Translations under genes and position numbers: made by a program
The notes under the pieces: generated by a model
Seen by the model: only the letters and a program-made list of their open reading frames with translations
Database searches by the model: none
What the model was told of the DNA's origin: nothing
Shown: positions 53,961 through 64,000 of the stretch, one piece after another
Layout of the letters: every line of letters begins with the position of its first letter
How positions within the stretch are numbered: position 1 is the stretch's first letter
Origin: Kudoa neothunni
Taxonomy: Eukaryota; Animalia; Cnidaria
Length of the DNA stretch: 64,000 bases
Reading direction: 5' to 3'
Assembly: GCA_964304625.1 (NCBI GenBank)
Contig: OZ199838.1
Coordinates: forward strand, 7,086,035-7,150,034

Positions 53961-56900
53961 CAGGGTTGCCAGAAGATTAACGAAAGAAGTACCAACAATT
54001 GATCTGCAAAAAAAAAGATTAAGGAGAAAAAACGTAGTTAGTTAAAATGTTTTTCAATCTATCTATAATGAAATTGTTCCATTACAGTTATCTTCATACA
54101 GGTTTGTCTCTATGAACGCTGTTACTAAATTTTTAGGCGGGTTCTATTTTGTACAATCTCTGTTATAAAATACACTTATCGAATAAATCAAGCTGGTTAA
54201 TGTTTCGGTCCACACTAATGATTTATTTTTCATTTTGATTATGTTCATTTGGGGAAATATTCTTTCGGCAAAAGCAGAAGAATGAGGTAATAAGAGCAAG
54301 CTCACCATTCGTTTTGAATTTAATGGATATTTAGGAACATCGCAAATTCTTTTTTCTGATACATCGTACCAAAATTTGTCGGAATCACTTATCGAAAAGA
54401 GGTTTGAGTCTTCGAGAGTTAATTATCTCCATTCAATATCCACATTGGTGTAGTCTTCACCCGATATAAGAATGGGGAATCTTACTGCAAGGCGTATGAT
54501 AAACTTGGGCTTACCTTCATTTACGTTACTTGGATCCATTGCCTCAAACAATTCAAATTCTTTAAATGAATTATTGTATAGAAAGCGATCAAATAGTTCA
54601 TTTGTTAAGGAACTATTGAAATTAAATGTATTTATTTTATTATGGATGAATTCATTGTATATATGCAAGTCACTTTGGATCTGCGACAAACACTATCTAA
54701 TGGAAGATAATTTGAAGGGTTATTAATATTCTAAATATCCATATTTTGAATGATTTCTCTTTTCATCAATAAGCTGAGAATGACTTTTGCTGTAACACTA
54801 ATTGAATTTTTTAGCTTATACATTCGAAAGGTTTCTGATCGGAATTCAAGATTGAGTTCGTTCATTACTGGGAGTATAAAGTTTAAGAATTCAAGATAAA
54901 TATGATTTATTTACTTTTCTGATTCAAAATCATTTTTTAATACTGCAGTAGCGAAAAACATTTTAAGTGCATTCCATTGATCGAGTATTCTAGCGACGAC
55001 TTGTTCGAGTGACAACCATCTTGTGCTACAGCTACAAGGGCGTAATATCTTTCTAGGACAAATATCCATTATCGTTTGAAATTCCCTGTATTCACTCAAA
55101 TGTTTTGAGATATTCGAAACGTATGTGTAAATACTTCTAGCCAAATCTTCCAACTTGTTTGGAAATTAATGATAAGCTTTAGAAGCACATAAATTTACTG
55201 AGTGACACACGCAACCTTGCACGTAAAGCGAAGGAATAATTTGTTTTAGTAAACTCTGTACACCATTTTCGTTACCCATCATAACATTTGCATTGTCACT
55301 AGCAAATCCAAGAAGATTGTGAATGAAGATATTATTAGTTTAACAAAAATTTATCAATGATTTAAAACTTCTTTTGCTAGTACAATTCGTTATCTCCAAC
55401 ATGACCAAATATTTGTCCATCGTGTTTTTAACATCGTCATCATAATATCGGGCTACTAAAACTAGTTGTTTAGTTGTGGATACATCTGTGGTTTCATCTA
55501 TTATTAATGAAAATTTGATTGTTTGTAATTTTAAAATTAAGTTTTTTAAGTAATATTTCCCAATAACACGACGAAAAACACATTTTCCTTTCGTTCCAGC
55601 ACATTTAACATCTTTGCAAATAGCAGAATCTTCACAAACATTGGCGACTAAACCGGGCAAATGATCCAAGATTGGCAACGGCGAATTGCGTTCCGGAACA
55701 AAGGCACATAATTTCAATTCTGCTTTAGCTATTTTTCGAGCATATTAAACAGGACTGTTTAATTTTATACAACTATCTATTTACATATTTGTGGATTGTC
55801 TCATATTTCTTAAATGCTTTTCGATTTGTAAAATATTCTCCGAAACTTCACATTTACACACTTTACAGAACACTTTCTCTTTGTTATTCTTGCTCATATC
55901 AATCCACTGGATGAATCTTCGCTCTTCCAACCATTCTGTTCTTACCTTGCGTTCACAACCTTTATATATTTTCTTTTTTGAAGTTTTACTTATACCGCTT
56001 TCTTAGTCGCTATCGTTTTGACTAAAGGCCATCAGGAATTACTAACCCCAAAAATATTACATTATGTATAACAATAAAAGTTACAGAAATTAATTCAACT
56101 CGTTTAATGCAAAAACTAAATAATAAATCATTAAGACGCGCGCTATTAAGAATGAATTTGTAGGTTAAAATAAGTGTTTGTGAATAAAATTTTATCCTTA
56201 TCGCATTTCGGACATTGTTTTCCTCCTCAGCTTCGTTTCCATATCATTTAAATATTTCCAGGTATCAATGATAGCTTTAATTTAAAACAATATAATTTAT
56301 TAACAATTCCCCTGGTTAGAAATGTATAAACTTTACATTTGAATGAATTTTTTTAGCGACAATTAAATTTGATAACTCTTTCGAGCCAGATTTTGTTTCG
56401 TTAAAACATACATTTTAAACTCTAAAGTATAAACTTGTAGGATGAAAAATTAACTTCGTGAAGTAAACGAGACAATTGACTGCGTATAAGGTTAAATATA
56501 CATTGGGATTACATGGAACTGATTTGACCATGAAATCAAAGAACGTTCCATTTAAAACAATAAATAGATAACATTCTCGTGGTCAGAAACTCTTTTAACA
56601 TATAAGTGAAGAAAAAAATAAGCTTAGGTTTATAGAATTTTGTTAAAGGATAATATGTTGAAATTTAATTGTTCGTTTTCTTTTCTTTATGAGATAAAAC
56701 ATTAAAGGGATAGATTTGATATTTAAAGTAACATCGAATTCAACACCACGACATATTTTGGATATCTCCGTATAATATTATATCTATACGCCGAAATAAT
56801 ACTAAATAAACGAAAAAAGTACAATTTTTAAATAAGCCGTTAATGCTACGTTACAATCATTACTAATACCTAACCGGAAACCGAATATCATCGACTGGAT

Positions 56901-56967
56901 TAAAAATCTTGACTTGACGGTGAAAAAGTACCACTTTGGTACGAACGTACCAATTCTGGCAACGTTG
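53961..56967 (-). mobile_element. Decayed hAT element (ZNF862-like transposase remnant ~54100-56000)
   Basis: TIRs CAGGGTTGCCAGAA / CAACGTTGCCAGAA. Motifs FSLIIDETTDVS, FASDNANVM, CVCHS, TRWLSL and LLPHSSAFAERIF. No TSD visible. Confidence 0.85.
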
Positions 56968-57013
56968 GTGGAAAGAGACACTATCGTAAAATTTTGAGTT
57001 TTTAGAGGGTTAA

Positions 57014-57583
57014 CCCTCTAAGGTATCAAAAAACGAATTACTTCCAAAGATTTGGGGGTGAAATTAATCTCGGATTTTAAATAAATTTAAACGAAAAATT
57101 ATAATAAATTTATTTCTAAACATTATATGATTTGAAACATTATATTCAGGGAAAAAGTGTCATTACTCACATTACGAATCCTTATAAAACCTTTACGGCT
57201 TAAGTCATAAGTCACCAATTCTTCAGTGACGCACTAAAGTAAAAAATGTAACTGCAATATATTTTATTTTAATTTCTAACTTAATTTATTTCTCTAACAT
57301 AATGAGTTAATATGGAATTCATTTCAAACAAAAAACATATTTTTTGGATGAATAATTAAGTAAAAATTATGCTGGGATGAATTACACCCCCAAAATCTTT
57401 GGAGGGTGTTTTTTAATTTTTAATGACTTCCTATATATTTTTAAAAACCAAACACTTACAAATTTTACTTCAAATAAATTTATAGGTATAGCGATAATTT
57501 CATGCGCATGAAAAACCATGAAAGGATATATGATAGGATTAAAACTTGTTTGGAGTGAATTAAACCCCAAAATCCATAGAGGG
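57014..57583. mobile_element. piggyBac-type MITE
   Basis: TTAA|CCCTCTAAGG ... CCATAGAGGG|TTAA. Confidence 0.7.
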
Positions 57584-58373
57584 TTAAAGGTGAATTTATG
57601 TTAACACTTGAATAGAAACGGAATGGGTTCAAATACAATAACAATACTTTAGAAGATGAAATGACATATATAGAGGTGAATTTAAAATGATAAATTTGAG
57701 TTTTTAATGCAGATCAATATAGCTTTTGAGAAGTGAACTTTTCTTTGGGGTAAATTTTTACTCCATACTCAGTATGAGTGTTAAATGGCACCTAAATATT
57801 AAGTTTTTTAAAAAATTAATGGGTCATAACCGACTTCAAAATATCATGCCGACGCGTATGCATGAAGCACACCGCACACGTCATCAAACTTGTTAGCTTT
57901 GAAGTACTTTCGTCGGCGAAAAATAAGCGTGTTTTACTACACATGTCTCCTTTCCTTTTAGTTATCATAATTTAAATAACCTGTTCAATATTACTAAAAA
58001 AATCATATCATATCATAAATTAAAAATAAAAATAGATTGAGTGGAATTCTTGCCTGAACTTATATCATTAATTGAATGAATTAGATCAGTTAAGAACAAA
58101 GGCTTTAATTGCAAATAATATGAATTTTTATCTCAATTTGTTTTGATGGGGTGTGTTTTCAAATTTTTGTTAAATAAAAATCAACCAAACTATATCAGAG
58201 AAACCAATGACGCCGTGACAGTAAAAAATCATTATTTTATGGTTACATATAAATATTAAAAATTTGTATAGAAAAAATTTAGTTTAATTAAATTGGATTA
58301 CTTGCGTGTGCATCGCGAGTGTTATTTATTGTAGTCGTTAAGGTTTGAGCTTATTATTGGTCAGATCAGGCCA

Positions 58374-58910
58374 ATGGGTAAAAACGAAAACGAAGATCCT
58401 GTTGATGTGAACCCACCAAATACTGAAAAACCCAGGCAATACTACGAAACTCTTGTTAACATGTTTGAACCAATGTGTCGTGACTTTTACGAGCAAATTG
58501 ATGTTTTACTGTAATTCAATCGCAGTGTAACTTTTATATATTTATTTCTTTCACAAGGAATTCACAAGAATCTCTTAATCATCAACTTAAGTCTGTTTCT
58601 GAAGGTAGTTACGAAATATAATAAGAATTTCGATACTTGAAATTATACAATAATGTTAGAGCTAAATGAACTTGACAATATCCATGGGCAACTTAGCCCG
58701 TTTGTAACGAACTTGAAGGTGCGCTTAGAGAAAGCAAACCACAACATAAACATCCAATTATCTGACCTTAATTCAATTAAAGTAAAACAGCTGCTACTGA
58801 ACTGTTGAATGTGACTAATCAAATAAATTTAGAGTGCAATAGCTCACCTCGAAGATAATGTATCAAAACTTTATATAAAGAAAAATATACAATTAAGCAA
58901 AGTGGAATAA
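58374..58910 (+). CDS. Snapin-like BLOC-1/BORC subunit, 127 aa, 4 exons
   Basis: Exons 58374-58510, 58558-58604, 58660-58781 and 58833-58910, all GT-AG and in frame. Coiled-coil LVNMFEPMCRDFYEQIDVLLNSQESLNHQLKSVSEELNEL matches the Snapin/Pallidin pattern. Confidence 0.75.
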
Positions 58911-59032
58911 TCAAAAACACAAGCTAATTAAACTTTAAAAAATCGTCAAACAAATGAAATATTATGGATTTATATAAATAAATGGTTCCAAAATCAAACA
59001 CACTTTATGATTAATTTCATTGTTCTATTTTT

Positions 59033-63615
<4,583 letters not shown>

Positions 63616-63839
63616 TGTTTAATATCGCGTCAACTGTTGGCAAGGTGTGAAGCTGAGCGCTTGGTTTGAGCCGAAAGCTAGTTTTAAGCGCACTGCGCAT
63701 TAAGAATTTAATCCGAAACTAATGAGCAATGAGCGTGGCGCTATGATATGCGCGCGCGATAAAAACGATATCATTGTAGATTGAATAATATTTTTGTGTG
63801 AGATAAGTGTAAACACACAATTTGATAATAATCAATTTT

Positions 63840-64000
63840 TCAACGTAAAGTAGTGGCCTCCTGGACAGGACTGCCATTATTGCTCAACTGTAGTAGGATT
63901 TCCAATGAATTTCCTTCGAAAAGATATTTTAAACGATCTCTGAATTTCACACTGTATTTCATATTGTGCATTTCAATAACTCTGGAAAGATCCACCTTGA
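63840..64000 (-). CDS. Possible terminal exon of an upstream gene running off the window
   Basis: Open frame KVDLSRVIEMHNMKYSVKFRDRLKYLFEGNSLEILLQLSNNGSPVQEATTLR* reaches the window edge. No family recognised. Confidence 0.35.
   Translation of the reverse strand, partial: KVDLSRVIEMHNMKYSVKFRDRLKYLFEGNSLEILLQLSNNGSPVQEATTLR

Larger units (their letters stand above)
53016..57780. mobile_element. Non-autonomous piggyBac-like element with nested insertions
   Basis: TTAA|CACTCGTACTGAGT ... ACTCAGTATGAGTG|TTAA. Confidence 0.75.

Overview
AT-rich eukaryotic genomic window, probably metazoan. Introns are mostly 40-60 nt and the host proteins are strongly diverged. That combination fits a myxozoan-type parasite genome, but the taxon is an inference only. 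Host genes form small compact islands in heavily nested, mostly decayed transposons. The genes are a CCDC137-like gene head-to-head with MCM4, IST1, and a Snapin-like gene tail-to-tail with a kinesin-13 (KIF2). The Snapin-like gene is absent from the ORF track, and the CCDC137-like gene appears there only in part. There are two intact tRNAs, Thr-CGT and Arg-ACG. Mobile DNA includes Tc1/IS630-like, Mutator (SWIM and FLYWCH types), hAT, piggyBac, pogo/Tigger, Merlin, Helitron, a tRNA-headed SINE and a restriction-like-endonuclease (RLE) LINE remnant. Several nests can be resolved to the base using TIRs and TSDs. The best candidate for a novel system is at 47.1-51.1 kb: a tandem RLE retrotransposon arrangement in which each unit starts right after a tRNA-Arg 3' end. 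The RLE-bearing 3' end abuts a second, partial tRNA-Arg. This suggests a tRNA-Arg-targeting element whose insertion leaves or rebuilds an intact tRNA gene. A second candidate is a ~160-nt foldback sequence directly trailing tRNA-Thr.
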